Below are positions 45,701 through 59,508 of a stretch of DNA of 64,000 bases, piece after piece. The number at the start of each line of letters is the position of its first letter. The first letter of the stretch is position 1. Source of the stretch: Azolla caroliniana (taxonomy: Eukaryota; Plantae; Polypodiophyta); the NCBI GenBank assembly GCA_043228905.1, contig JBHGNT010000017.1, positions 3,410,001 through 3,474,000 of the forward strand, given 5' to 3'. The notes beneath the pieces were generated by a model. It made no database searches and had not been told where the DNA came from. It worked only from the letters and a program-made list of their open reading frames with translations. A program made the position numbers and the translations under genes.

Positions 45701-48666
45701 AAAATCTGCATCAAAGCTATATTTAATCGCCTAACTTTTCATTTATGCATACATGTGCCTAAGTGAACCTCTCCAAAGTGAATTGTATTGATTTGTCACT
45801 ATCAACTTCTGGTTCCCTATGCTATCAAGTCATTCATGGGCATAAGAATGACTTTCTTTCTTTCTTCTTTCTTTTCTCTTGTCTTTCCCATTTCAGCTCA
45901 TATAAAAATATAAAATTTACGCTTATTGTTTACCTTTAAAACATGATTCTTATCTTCCGGTTGAAGAGCTCCCACAACTGTTGTTACATTCGCTGCCATA
46001 GTAGAAAGATATCTGTTTTTATAGCATTTATTGATGCAATTAGATACAATAAATGTGGCACAATAAGATCAGTATAAGATTATTGAATCTCACTTCATAT
46101 CAGGAAAACCCCTGTGCCATGGTGGCAATACTGCTGCAGCTGTAAAGAAGACAAATTTAAAGAAAATTATTAATATAAAGAACCCAGGATAGTCACTAGG
46201 CAATAGCATGATACTCTTTTCCAAGCATAATGCCTTTTCTATCTACTTACTAGATGTATCATTGTCCTGCTGTGCTTTATCAAGCTTATAATTTGTAGCA
46301 AACAACTGCTTTAAGTCATTGTTTTTGGGCAACTCAATTTTATTTATCACATTCATCCTTTCTTCTTCAATTTCCTTCTTTGTAGATGCTCCGTTACATT
46401 TAGCAATCCTCTCGACTACTTGAACCTCGAATCTTTTTTCCTCAACACCCATTGTGTTGCCACTCTTTTCTCTTAATTTCTGTCCTTTAACCAGGTCCTA
46501 CAGGAAAAAAAAAACATCATTGGTAAACGAGCTCTTTAGCGCATACTCAAACAACTTTTGGCCATAAAAGAGGTGATATTCAGAGAAGCAAAAGTTCACC
46601 TTCTCATTGAGCTTCAAACTGTTTTGACTAGACCGGTCACCTAACTTGCAACTTGAAGCAGTTGCCGATGAAATAGTATCACATTGACCAGGATGATCCC
46701 CTCTGTTTACAGAAAAGAACCTCTGAGAAACCTTCAATCATGTATATTGAAGTCACAATAATGAAGAGAATATGACACTCACCTTTTATCCTGCACACCA
46801 ATTGCTCCTGACTTGCCAATTTCAATTGGAATGATGGGTGAGGAAATTTTGTCAAGTGACCTTTCCATTCCAGCACTAATGGAATCCATATTAGTAGGTT
46901 CTTTGATAAATGTTGGATCTTGAGAAACAGATAAGTCTATACACCCATGATGTATCAATGCACTGCCATTTTCCATTGTCAATTTAACCTCGTCCTCAAC
47001 TAGAGACTTGTTTATTCCTCTAGATTTAAAAGTGTGATAATTTACTTCTCCCTGAACACCCACAAGTGAGCCTTCTGAATCATTCCTTGGCGGAAACGGA
47101 GTCATAAGTTCACCTTCGATTCGATCGTTTTTCCTGATAGGGACTGGCAAAAGGCAGAAAGTAATTAACTTCATAGCTTAAATCTGAAGCCCAGTGTACT
47201 GTCTCTTACCAAACTTTGGGTTGAAACTTATAAGTTGAATATGAACTCTAAATTTTAAATAATCTCTCTAAATCATATATATACATAATAATTACTTCCA
47301 TACAGTACTTTTCTTGGACTTCATTTGAAACCCAAAATGGTCTTTTTAAGGCAAAAATTGGGGTGAAATTTAAAGATTGGAGCATTATCCCTTGAAATTA
47401 GTTAGAAATTCAGAACCGAGCATAGTTTAAGCCTTTTCCAGAGAAGACTCATGTACCTTCAGATTCGGATACATATAGCAACTGAGAAGAAGGCAAATAT
47501 GAAGCTGCAGAGACAGATACGTGAACAGGTGATAAGCATGGAAAAATACAGGATGTTGATGATTGAATATTCGTTTCTACATTTTCTTGCTTAATCTTAA
47601 TTCTGCTACCAGAATGAGGGCTCTCAAATTCAGATCTCATCCTTGCCAGATTGAATAAAGCTTCCACCACCTCCAATTCTTGTTGTGATATGCAACTTGA
47701 CGAAGAAAGCTGAACAATTTTAGAATCAGAATAACTCAAGGTCATGGTTCCATGGCCAAGTAAAGCCGCATGCAGAAAAAACATTACTTGTGCTGAGATT
47801 TCTTAATACCTTAGCTAGTTTGGAGGCTCGAGGCTTTATGCTGTTTGATATTGCCTGCATAGGCCATGGCAAAATGATAAGTACGACAATTATTAGCAAT
47901 AAAACGGTATAATATACTAGAAGATAGATAACAATGACCATTGCAGTATGCTTCATTATTAACAAGAACGATAAACACAAGGCTGATGACAATGGTAATT
48001 ACAGTCACTTTCACAAGCTTCAATGGAGAGCTCCAAACTGTAATCGATGAAGAAACCACAGGATTTGGAGAGAGAAGTGACTGTCGTTTAAACATTCTCC
48101 CGTGTGCTGTTTCCTGACGTCTCTTTCTAGTACCTGATGGTGAAGAAGCAAGAAGCTAAATGTCTGCTCAGAAGATGAAGAAGAAGAAGAAGAAGAGAGA
48201 TGGAAAATGGAAAGAGAAAATAAAACCTGTTCGAGCTCTACGTGGAACAGAAGGGATCTGGTCATTCATTACCTTGCAGAATATGGCCTCTCCTTCGGGT
48301 ATCTGCAACTTGTGTTCAGAAAACGAGCTCTCTAATCAGAATCACTGACGAGCTCAATTCAAAGAAGAAGAAGAGGAACAAACCTACCATTAAGATAAAT
48401 AGTTTAGGGTTTAGGGTACCAGCCTTTCCTTTATGTTTTGTTTTCTCGTTTCTCTTGATAGTGCAAAGAGAAGAATCCGAATCTTCTTCAGAAGCGCTTA
48501 CTTCCTCTTCCTCCATAGCTCCAAGAGTTTCTTCTTCTTCTGTTCGAAGGCAGGAAACAGCTTGTAAGGAAGATCGTGTCTTCTTGTTACGATTAATATG
48601 AAAAGTATTAGTTCCGTTCCATTCTTCTAGTTTCTTCGTTTTTTCGCTCGAGTTCATCCCGGTCAT
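42724..48666 (-). CDS. TIC: TIME FOR COFFEE-like multi-exon gene (exon boundaries and start approximate)
   Basis: Motifs in TIC order: SVPRRART|GTRKR, ISQQELEVVEALFNL, QPCKRCFIHVYIARFI, then a long Gln/Ser-rich last exon (42724-45087). Confidence 0.72.
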
Positions 48667-51614
48667 GTCCTCTAGAACACTTTCTTCTTCCAACACATCA
48701 TTTAGATCAGCAAAAGTCACTGCTTTGACAGAAAATTTTAACCTAAATCTGAAGAGGAACACATAAACTAGCACACAATCGACCCTATTCACCTTCCTTG
48801 ATCAGAGACTTAACTCCCTTTCATGAACCGGTCCCAGAAATACTAGAACTAGCGAAGAAAACGAAGATCCGATGTGTATACGAAAGATAGCTATTTTCCT
48901 AATGAGAAGCAAATCCTAAGTTTACCTTCTTCCTGTGTATATCCAACCATAGCTACAGAAATATCAGAAGAAGAAGAAGAAGAAGAAGAAGAAGAAGAAG
49001 AAGAAGAAGAAGAAGAGAGATTGAATGTATTGATGGCCATGGTTTGGGGACTATCGAGAAGCTAAAGCTTGTACAATCCACCTGATATCACATACTAACA
49101 AACACCAAAGGAAAGAACTTCATGAGGGGCGGGATAAGCGTGTAAACCCGTCTAGTAGCAAAACATCAAAAGAGAATTCGAGAGTATTACCCCACAGCTA
49201 CAGAGATACTAGCCGAAGAACAGAGAATCCATGTTCTACAGTATGTTCATTGTCATAGAATTAGTAGTAGTAGAAGAAGAAGAGGGAGTCCAATTCTAAA
49301 GTACGTTCAGTGTTATATAAAATATCAGCAGCAGAAGAAGAAAAACTCCAGAAATATCTGACAGACAAAAATGCAAATCCGCCATTGCGAATGACATAAA
49401 GAATCAGATATTGAGAAGCCATGGCTGGCACAGCAAAAGAAGAAAGAATAAATGAATGACTGCATGTGTGTAGAGCGATGAGCGAGAGATACAGAGAGAG
49501 AGAGAGATACAGAGAGATAGTTTGTGTGTATGTGCAGAGAGAGTTTAGGGTTTGCGAAGCCATGGCTACACAGAAGAATGAATGATTGAAAGAATGAATG
49601 CGTTTGTGTGTGTGTGTGTATATTGGAGAACAATATCAAAGCATGGAAGCGGAGAGAGAGAGAGAGAGAGAGAGATCTTTCTTTTCTTTATCTTTTTTCT
49701 CTGTCTATTTTATTTTATTCGGGAGCGATTTGTGTAGTGTCTGTGTAAGGGGGGAATATCTCGATCTAATTTTTATTTATAAATTATAGCATTCAGAGTA
49801 CAAATTTCTCTATTTTTCTAACTTCTTATTTTATTAAATACTGATATTATATAATAGTTTGAAAAGAAGCCCTTCCGTAGGGAACATAAATAAATAGATT
49901 CTCGTTAAAATGAAAATTTTCTTTTCTTTTCTTTTCTTTTTAAACAAATGTGGGAAAATATACCCAAGAACAAATTAAAGATTATTTGCTCGGTTTTTTA
50001 AATTATGTTTGCTTTTACTGCCGTCAATTTAAGAAATATTTCGTGTATTTCATCTGGAATTCTTTATTTTCGAATACTTTTTTATTATTAAAAAAAAAAA
50101 GATAAAGCAGAAATTCCCAATAATTAATCAATGACGTCCTTTGTTTTATATATAAAAATTTGTGTCTGTTATTTTTTGAGTAATGATGATGTCATAAACA
50201 TCTACCTCGGCACCAGACCTTCCTTATTTACCACAGACACAGAATCCATCGTACGGTCCATATCTTTCCCGAAGCTCTCAGATGTAAAATGACCGTAGGA
50301 TTAATTCTGAATATTCTCATGATCGGGCCGGGCCCCACACGCCATCGAATATGCCGAGTCTTTTCTAGGAGCACTACGAGTCGTCGGATCCTCTTCCATC
50401 TCCACCGTCCGATCGATTTATGTTGTGTAGTAGACCATGCGAGAATTTTTAGCTTCCTTAACCCACCGTAAAGCGAAAAACAAATTAGTTCATAAAGAGC
50501 ATTAGTTTCCTTTTCTTCAGTGACAATTGCAAACCCAACTCCAAAAACAATAGGAAGAGAAAATAAGGAAATTTTATTTTCAAAAAAAGCAATTACTGAA
50601 CCAAATAAACCGAAATCGATCATGTATATTCTTGACTCATAAGAATCCCTAAACATACTTTTTCCTATCAATCTTACCCTTATCCTTTTTCTTGTTCTTC
50701 TTCTTCGTCTTCTTTACCACTACCTATATATTGCTTTCTATTGGGAAACCTTAATGTGAGGTAAAAAAAACCCACAAAATTCTACAAACTTTTGGCGTTC
50801 AAAAGCACTCAAACTAAAGATGAAATGTTCATATGGAAATTTCAAAATAATGAAAACAATCATAAAAGAGATCTTTCAAGAAAGAACTTGAATAAACAAA
50901 AGTTATCAATATGTGGTTTTCCAAATCTAACATGGTTTTAGGCTACCCAATTCGTCCATAGTGACTTCTTGTGATTGACGAATAATGCGGCCAAACAACC
51001 AAAACAAATTTTCAAACTATGTACGAGATGTAAATCATCTTTAGAAACATTTTGGTACTATTCGGTAAGTATGTATATATGGGTTTTTGTCATCAATACA
51101 TACCAAAAACCTAGAGAAAATAACAAAAATACAAAATGTTAGTGCTCAATCCTTGTGTGTGGTGTATTGCACCATGTTATATGTATAATTCACATCCGGT
51201 AGGTGGCTTGTCGTCCCCTATACATATATGATATATGTATAATTTTACTATTTGTTTTCTCAAGTTTTCTTGTCTATTTGCTTTCAACCTAATTATTCTA
51301 TAACTTTTAACATGTAAAACGATTCATTGTTTCTACTTTGGTTATTATTTCTACTTACTTAGTCGCTAATACATTTGATTTATTAATTCTAACCTCCAAA
51401 GGAAAAATGAAATAAGGGGGTAGTGGGGGGGAATTGAAGGGGGGAGGTTTTATAAAGAAGGACACAAAACACAAAAAAAGAGTAGAGATTAGTATAAATT
51501 AAGTAATATACATATAGATTTGCACATATATATACTAGTCTATGTCTATGTGTTACATAGGATAAACAATTCTTATGGTACACTCACATGTATATATGTA
51601 TATGGGTATGTATA

Positions 51615-52061
51615 TGTTACGGGCATGACCATATAATATCCCGTGGTAAGATTGTATCGTAGTATTCTATACATGTGGATAAAGTGTGAGGGTTAAACGA
51701 GAGTGTAAAGAAGGGAAGGATTACTTTTAATCCTTGGGATTGGGACAATCCATTAATGTCAAGTGTGAACTTGCCTAGGGGCCTTAGGTCTAGCTATAAA
51801 TATGAAGCTTAGTTACCCTCATTTGACATCTCTTGACTTTGTCGAGACTTTGTCCTTGTGGTGGATGAAACTCTTGTAGCGAGCGCGCCAATACCAGGTA
51901 CGACTTGATGTCACGACGGTGGTATGGGATGCCGATCGAGGCTTGAGTCCGTCTTGATTCCTTCGCTGAAGGGTGGTCAGGCGGATCGACACCTTTCTTT
52001 CTCTCTCCTTTCTATCTATTAATTCCTTATCATATGCTTACATTAGGATCTAGCTCTAACA
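51615..52061. repeat. Probable solo LTR (447 bp)
   Basis: TGTTACG...CTCTAACA termini, internal TATAAATA, flanks GTATA/GTATT (4/5 TSD). Confidence 0.55.
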
Positions 52062-55000
52062 GTATTTGTATATAACAATTTATTATGTTGTGTACAGCTA
52101 TTTGTATATATATATATATCATGTTATATTCCACCATCCCTCCTCCTCCCAATAACTATATAGGTAGTGTGGGCAACCGACAAATTGTAGAATTTTGTAA
52201 GTGGTGATGGGTTTTCTCTTTGGGGTTTTACATGTAATCGGTACATTATTTGTTTGCCATCAAAACTTGTTTTAAGTTCATACATTGTACATTTTTGTTT
52301 ACATCACGATCTCCCTGATCTATTGTTAACACAACCACCTCACTTATCTAATTAGCTCATCTCTTTGACCATCTACGTGAAGAACTTTAATCAATTAGAT
52401 CATCTAAGTATTTGTCCCTCTCCTCACTTATCTCCCTCCCTCTTGTCCATTGTGTGAAAAGGGAGTTCATTTGAAGGATTCTCTCAACTACTTGATAAAT
52501 ATAGAGTCTTCATGTAAAGGTCATTACTCGATTTTTGTTCTATCCTCATGATTAGGCCAACCTACATGGAAGTCCAAATAACTTCATTCTAAAGTTAATT
52601 TAAAATTCCCTATTCTATTTCTAAAGCGAGGAATCCATGAGCATGCCGAAAAGAGATTGTTTTGTCAAGGGAAATTAATTGTTTAATTTTTCCAAAGCCA
52701 CACCCCCTCATACATCTCATATTTTTATGGTAAAGCTATATCCATACTCAAAACATTATAAATAGTTCTTAAATATCTTTATATGGTTTATCATCTAGTA
52801 GTTTGTTCTCGCTATTATATAAACATATAGAAATATTTTACCCTTAACCTTGACTTAGCAATACTTAATATTAACCACCCGCATCTTTGACTATTGTATG
52901 TAGTTAGTTTTCCGTCAATCTGAATCTTTATTTTATCATAACTTTGTCTTCAAACTCCATTTTTTACAACCTCATCTAGATATTTTTTACATATCATATC
53001 TATGGACTTCCAATGTTTTTGCACACTTTGTTTCTATCAATAGAGTTAGTTTTATGCTCCTAAACCTTATTGAATATTCTAACCATTTTTCTTGAACATG
53101 CCCTCACTAACCACTACAATTAAAAGCTTGGCATTTAGTGATGATTTTTACGCGCATGATCATGCATGATACCAAAAACTTCTTATTCATGTTATGTTAT
53201 TTCAGCAAAAATGGGCATCTAGTTCATCGACTTGGTTATGAGTAATTGGTAAACTAAACAAAACACTACCTAAGTGTCACGTGCTTTTGAGTAAATAAAA
53301 CACGAGAAGAATTTGACGGTGAGCTATGTTGTTTATAATACATGTCTAACCATGCCACTTGTCAATATATGACACTACAACCATGGTCCATATTTGCCTA
53401 CTTCCATATATTTTTTGTATATGAATATGTACGAACTTCGTTTAGTCATTTTGTGTCGGTACATTGACACATTATCACAATATCATTTTAATATGATTTT
53501 TTTATTCCTGAGAAAAAGTTGCTCCCCATTAGTTATAGGAATCACATATACATATTAGGCTATGTACACTCTAAGTATTTATAGATACTCAATACTATTT
53601 ATACATCACTTTCATATATATTTTGGCTATTGTTGTATGACACCTTAGATAAAAAAGGGGGCAATAATTGTGTACGTAACAACATCAAATGGTTGCATGA
53701 CACAGATAGCAAGCTTCTCAATGCAACTAGACATTGGTATCAACGAAAGCAATACGGGTGATATGTTGACCGGGGGGTAGAGCCATTAAGGCGGCTGGAA
53801 GCACCATTTTAGATGTCCTAACATGAAGTTCACCAATGGTGTGGTTTCCTAGAAAGAAAGAAGAAAGAAAGAAACATTTTTGTAGATTCTTTTAGCCATT
53901 GTTAAACTCAATGCACAAATATATTGTTTCTCCAAATCTTGCAATTTTGAATTGGGGGATTCTTATAGGCATCCTTGTTTTTGAGGGCTTCAAATAGTTT
54001 TAGAAACTAAATTTCAATGGATCTTATGAAATCGTGAAAGCATTGGTGACTTTCAACAAAGGCTTTTGCTTTAGTAGTATTGTTTCAAAACATGGAATTT
54101 TGTTCACTTCATTGTGCTGAAATTCTTTGGTCAAATGTCAATGTTGCAAAGTAGGAGACAATTGTTGTAGGAGAATACAAAAAAACCAATGTTGTTGTGT
54201 GAAAGTTCGAAAGCTACGAAGAGTTTTCATAATGAATCATTGACATCATAGTACCTAATATTCTCGAATGCATTGGCAAACATTCTTTTTCACACAAATA
54301 CAAAACGAATGCGTATGTTTGTTTTTTTTACGCTTTTTACCTTAACTTTCTTACCTTATAATAAATTATGAATACAAACGTATGGTATTTACCATACTTC
54401 AAGGGTGTTTACCATGCTCGAATGATCAAAAACATTCTCGAATGCGAAATGCAAGTATGATACGTTATGGTTCATACTATGATTAACATTGTTTAAGAGC
54501 TGAGCAATAAATTTCACTAGATGTCATGCAAACATGTCAGGGAAAATACGTGAATGATTGGGTGAAGGTAGGAGCAAATGATTAAAATTTAAAATAAAAG
54601 TATGAGGAGTTTCTCATTTCACATCAATCCACAACGTTAAGTTGCAAAGCATAAGCTCTGTGCCATCTTATCTGAACTTTAAAGTTACAGTTCAATAGCC
54701 TTCTTAATCTTTACACAATATTTTGTGGTTATCTATAAAGTCAATGATTCCACTTAATATCGTAGTGCATAATGACTTATTAGAAACATCCTCCAAGGCA
54801 AAGTGTCTCACATAACTGTTGTTGATAGTATTGAAAGAGTTGGGCAATGGCTCTTGTTGTGATTCTCTACCAATTTACTAACAAGTTTTTTGTATTAGCT
54901 TTTGCAATTTGTGGGGGCGATCTTCTCCTCCATGTTTTTCTTCTCTTTATCACACTGTATAGTTTTGCAAATGTAGACAGCCCACCATGAGGAGTGCCTT

Positions 55001-55314
55001 TATTATTTTTGCGATTCTTTGAGAGAAAGTCTGCCCACGAGAGCATTGTACATTTGTTTGTCTCTTGGGTGTTTCCATCAAATACGTCCATCATTGATTG
55101 ATGGGCAGGCTTCTTGCATTCATCCATCGATACGATCACTATTAGAGTTGATGATTCATTTGACCTTGGATTCTCTTGAAAACAAATATCAAGAGAAGAG
55201 GAAGTAAAATGGTTTGCTTTTGAAAATCGAGACTTTCTTATGATGGATTACACGTATTTTAGTTCTGCTTCTCCGTTGTGTCCGCCCTAGTGTGAAAAGG
55301 ACCCTCTTATTTTA

Positions 55315-56330
55315 TTTATTTATTTATATTTTTATTCCAAAAACCACTACTTCGCATTAGTTAGCAAATAGAATACAACAGAGTTTGACCAAATCCACAA
55401 TGGGAACAACATATACAACTTGGAGAAACAACTCCAAAACTATCAAACAAAAACAACAAAAAAACTCAACCGATCCTTAACTCAAGCAAAATTGAAATAG
55501 ACCCTATTTTACCCTGACTCTACAGCTCCCAACCAACTATTTTCTAACAACATTATCTGGGTAACATGACTATACTAACGCACGTTTGTGTCAACTATAC
55601 ATACATAATTACAACCCATGTACAATATTGAGGGCCATCGGTGGAAACAGCCACCTAGGTGCTTGGTAATTCCACTTAGGCCTCGATGAAGAATTGACTA
55701 GCATGGGAGAGCTACTCCATTTAAGCAAGAACTTGGACCTTGCCCTTTTCTGCTTCTTCTGAATCCCCTTGAATCGAATCATACCGACCGCGCAACCAAG
55801 CCACAAGATCAAACTAGATATTTAACATCATCTCCCCGCATGAGAGCTTTTGTTACTGAAAAACAAACTTACAACGCCTGACCTAGATGTGCCAGGCCGT
55901 CAAACACACCACCATAAGCCAAATCTCCTCAAAAAATTCAGAATTTGTGCCTGGTCTCACCTCATCACATTGGAACATGCTACCACCCTGCACTATAAAT
56001 CCATGTCCTTGTGGGTTTAACCGTTCACCCCAGCTTTCCCCTTTTAGGGACAATCCTTGTATTGAGCCCCACACAAGGTTCCCATTCACACCACAGGTTG
56101 CCACGATTTGAAGGCTTCTACTCCAAATGCTAATCGCCTCTGTACAATTCCAAAAACAGTGAGAGATTGATTCCAAAGCCATAACTTACAACTAGCCTCA
56201 CCACTCGCCTAAAGGTACCGCCTTGTGGCTAAGAAGCCATAACCAAGCTTTAATTTTTTCTGGCATATCCAATGCCCAGAGTCTCCTCCAAAAACGACTT
56301 CACATCGTCGTCTGAAATGCCTTTATCCTT
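55315..56330 (-). mobile_element. 5'-truncated L1-like LINE fragment (zf-RVT and 3' end)
   Basis: ESISHCFWNCTEAISIWSR...AWHI motif, (AATA)n-like tail at ~55310-55335, candidate TSD CTTATTTT. Confidence 0.7.
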
Positions 56331-56606
56331 ATTTTGATTAAGGAAACACGAAAAAAAAAACCTGAGCACTTTAGCAACCATTTTTGTCTTCTGGTATTTG
56401 CTTTTTATCTTTTGCCTTTTGCTTTTCTACTAAAGTGAAGAAATTTTCGCGATCGAAAGAACAAGAAAGAGCCAGTAGCTGCAGCAGCAGGAAAGCAACG
56501 AAGAATCCGGGTTTTTGGAGCTGCTCTCTTCTACTACTTTTCCTCTTCCTCTTCTTCTGCTGCTACTGTTTCATCGATTCTCCCTGCGTCCAGAACCTCA
56601 TCGGCT

Positions 56607-59508
56607 ATGTCGTCTAGATGGGATGCGAGTCCCCAAGAGGTGAGTGAGTCTCTCTCTCCCGAAAGCCTGCGGAAAAGCTTCCCATCGTCTTCTTTTCTTA
56701 CACCGATCTTTACTTCGTCTCTTTGATCATTCATTGTTTTCTTTATTTCTATTATAATTGCTTTTGATTTCTGAAGCTTTCCCTCCCCGTCTTCGCAACA
56801 TCCATTTTCTGTTTTGCAATGCCGTTTAATTTAGACGATCAAAAAGAAAAAACGCTCTAAACATTTGATCATCGCTGACGTTTGTTTTATATATGAATAT
56901 TTCAGAAGGGAGAAGCCTTTGTAATCGAGTACTATAACTATCTTCGCAACCAGCCTCAGATGGCCTACCGCTTTTACACAGACTCCAGTTGCGTCGTTCG
57001 TGCAGAATCTGCTCTCAATGGCCCCGTGTTATCTGCTAGAAGCCGACAGGTATAAATATTAATTAAAGTAGCTCCGTTGATCTCATGATCATAACACCTC
57101 TAATCAAACTGTACTTTGTTTGCTGTCGTCGAGCGTACATTTAGTATATATTGTTTCTTCTGTTTAGGAATACGATATGCGGTTCTTCGTCTTCTTCTCT
57201 TCATTTATCGTCCTTCAGCTTTTAGTATCTTGTGGTTTATGGCATCTGTTAAGAACCTATCTCTGGTTTCAATCATGTGTAGTTTCCTTCCCATGAATCC
57301 TCTCGATAATACTGTATGTATATATGATTATTGGTCTTCCTCTCGTCTATCCTTCAGTTCCATTGACGTTGAGCTTTTATCGTTCTGTTGTTGTCTTCTA
57401 ATTAAGAATGTCGACTTCATGGAAACGCTAAGCATTTTCTTCCCATTGAATTATGCCTCTACTATGAGCATTCTTAACTTGTAGAATTTTAGTTTTTTCA
57501 CAGGAGTCCATTGAATATTACGGCAGAACCTTTTCCATCCTTCCTCATTCACTCCATTTGAGTTTATATCTATTGTTTTCTCATCCAACGATCTAGCTGT
57601 AATGTGTGCATAATAACAGCTTCCGCTTCATGGAAGCACTGACCGCTTCTTCTTGTTTTTGGTGGTGCTAGGATATCCACAATCTAATCATCTCTTTGCG
57701 ATATGAAGAATGTATTGCAGAAATCTTGACAATACATTCATCAGAATCACTTGGAGGATGTCTCTTACTGTTGGTAACTGGCATAATGCACAGACGTGAT
57801 TTTATAAGGAGAAGATTTGTGCAGACTTTCTTCCTAACTCCTCAAGAGGGGGACTTTCTTGTTCTGAACGATGTTTTTACGTACCTAAATAACGAGCCAC
57901 CAGCATTCATGTTTCAGATTCCCTCAGAGGCAGGTAGAAATATCTTCTCTAAAGGTTCTTATTTTGTTGTAAAAGCCGATATTTTACCTGCAACCCAGGC
58001 AACATAAATCAGGTTATTACTTGCAGTTTTTAACGCTCCACGAAATTTCTGTATTGGTGGAAGTAGCACGGAAGGAGGTGTGGCAATAGAACAAGAACCT
58101 CTATTGTGTCATGAATATAATCCCAACCATACCACTGCCGCTGAGGAGGGGCAAGTAATATCTTCTAATGACAATGCTGAGATGGAACAAGAAGTAGTTG
58201 CTGATGAAAATCCTGAGATTGAACAAGCAGAAGTTGCTGAGGAAAATGCTGAGATGGAGCATATCACAATTAATAGAATGCCAACTGAAAGTATCGAATC
58301 TATTGAACAGATTTCAGAAGCGGATGACACTAGACCGTCTCCTTCTTCTTTTCATGATGGCTCAGCAGATCAAAAGACGTCCTATGCCTCTGTTGTGAGC
58401 ATGCAGAACCATTTTTTCGTCTGGCTCCCCGTGATATCGTTTTTGCCTTTATTTTATGTATGTCTATAGCTATTTTATATGTTAATAATAGCTTCGACAA
58501 CCATGGAAAGGTGGAAAAACTCCGGCTATGAAGATCTCTTTCCAGAAATCAACATTTGACCAAGGTCAGACCAACTCTGTACACAAAAAATAACAGTAAG
58601 GCAGGTTTGCTGGCAAAATCCACAGCTGAGGAAATACATATTCAACTGTGAATAAATACTCTAAAATATTATTGACGATGTTCAAGTAGTAATGAACACT
58701 TTTGTCCCTGGACTGAGAGAGATATTGCTCATATTTGATTATATCCTTTTGTATACCTCCAGTAAACGCTGTACATTCTCTCTATATCAAGAATCTGCCA
58801 GCGAGGATTACCAAATCTCTACTCGAGATGTACCTTATGAAGATTGGGACGTCCAGACCTAGTAGTGTTGTTCTCAAATTCCACAAGGTTCTTGCTGATA
58901 ATTTTTTCTTTCTTTCTTTTTCACTATATTCACACATATGCCTATTCATAAATATCAATAAATTTAATGATAAAGGATGGTCGAGCCTATGCATTTGTTG
59001 ATTTTCGTGACATGGAATCAGGGCGTAAGGCCATTGAGGTATTGTTTTAGTAATCCTTTGAATCTAAGAGGGTCAGCTTTTCTTTCTAAAGGAGGTTTCA
59101 GCTAGAGTTTACTAACTTGATAGCCAATTCTGTATATGAGCCTTATGTACGACTTTTACTGATAGTGTTATTGTACATCATTGGTTTATGTAGTTATATA
59201 TTGGATCCGTGGAGAAATATTTTGAAATGTTGAATGGGTTATATGATCGTGCCTCTTTGCTTTTTAATGAATGAAACTCGTCCTTAGCTAGTTCTTACTT
59301 TACTTTTAATGGATGAAAGGCATCACCTATACTAATTGATGGTAAAAAAGCTTATATTGAGAAGAGAAAATCCATATACACCGGAGGTAAACGTGTAATG
59401 GAATCTTTGTTCTAAAATTTTGAAATTTCTACCATCCATTCAATTCTAAACTCATGGATATTAGGTTGGGGCCTATGTTATGGCTGGGGAAGAGGTTACT
59501 CCAATTAG
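56607..59508 (+). CDS. NTF2 + RRM protein (G3BP-like), ~9 exons
   Basis: NTF2 exons GEAFVIEYYNYL...RFYTDSS (56906-57049) and RRFVQTFFLTPQEGDFLVLNDVF; acidic linker ending KTSYASV; RRM SLYIKNLP / YAFVDF / ASPILIDGKKAYIEKR; GT-AG junctions in frame. Confidence 0.88.

Noticed and set aside
48402-48417. TTTAGGGTTTAGGG as interstitial telomere
   Set aside because: Only two units; an ordinary telo-box in a 5' gene region.
54240-54480. Possible MITE with CATTCTCGAATGC repeats
   Set aside because: Terminal inverted repeats and TSD could not be defined.
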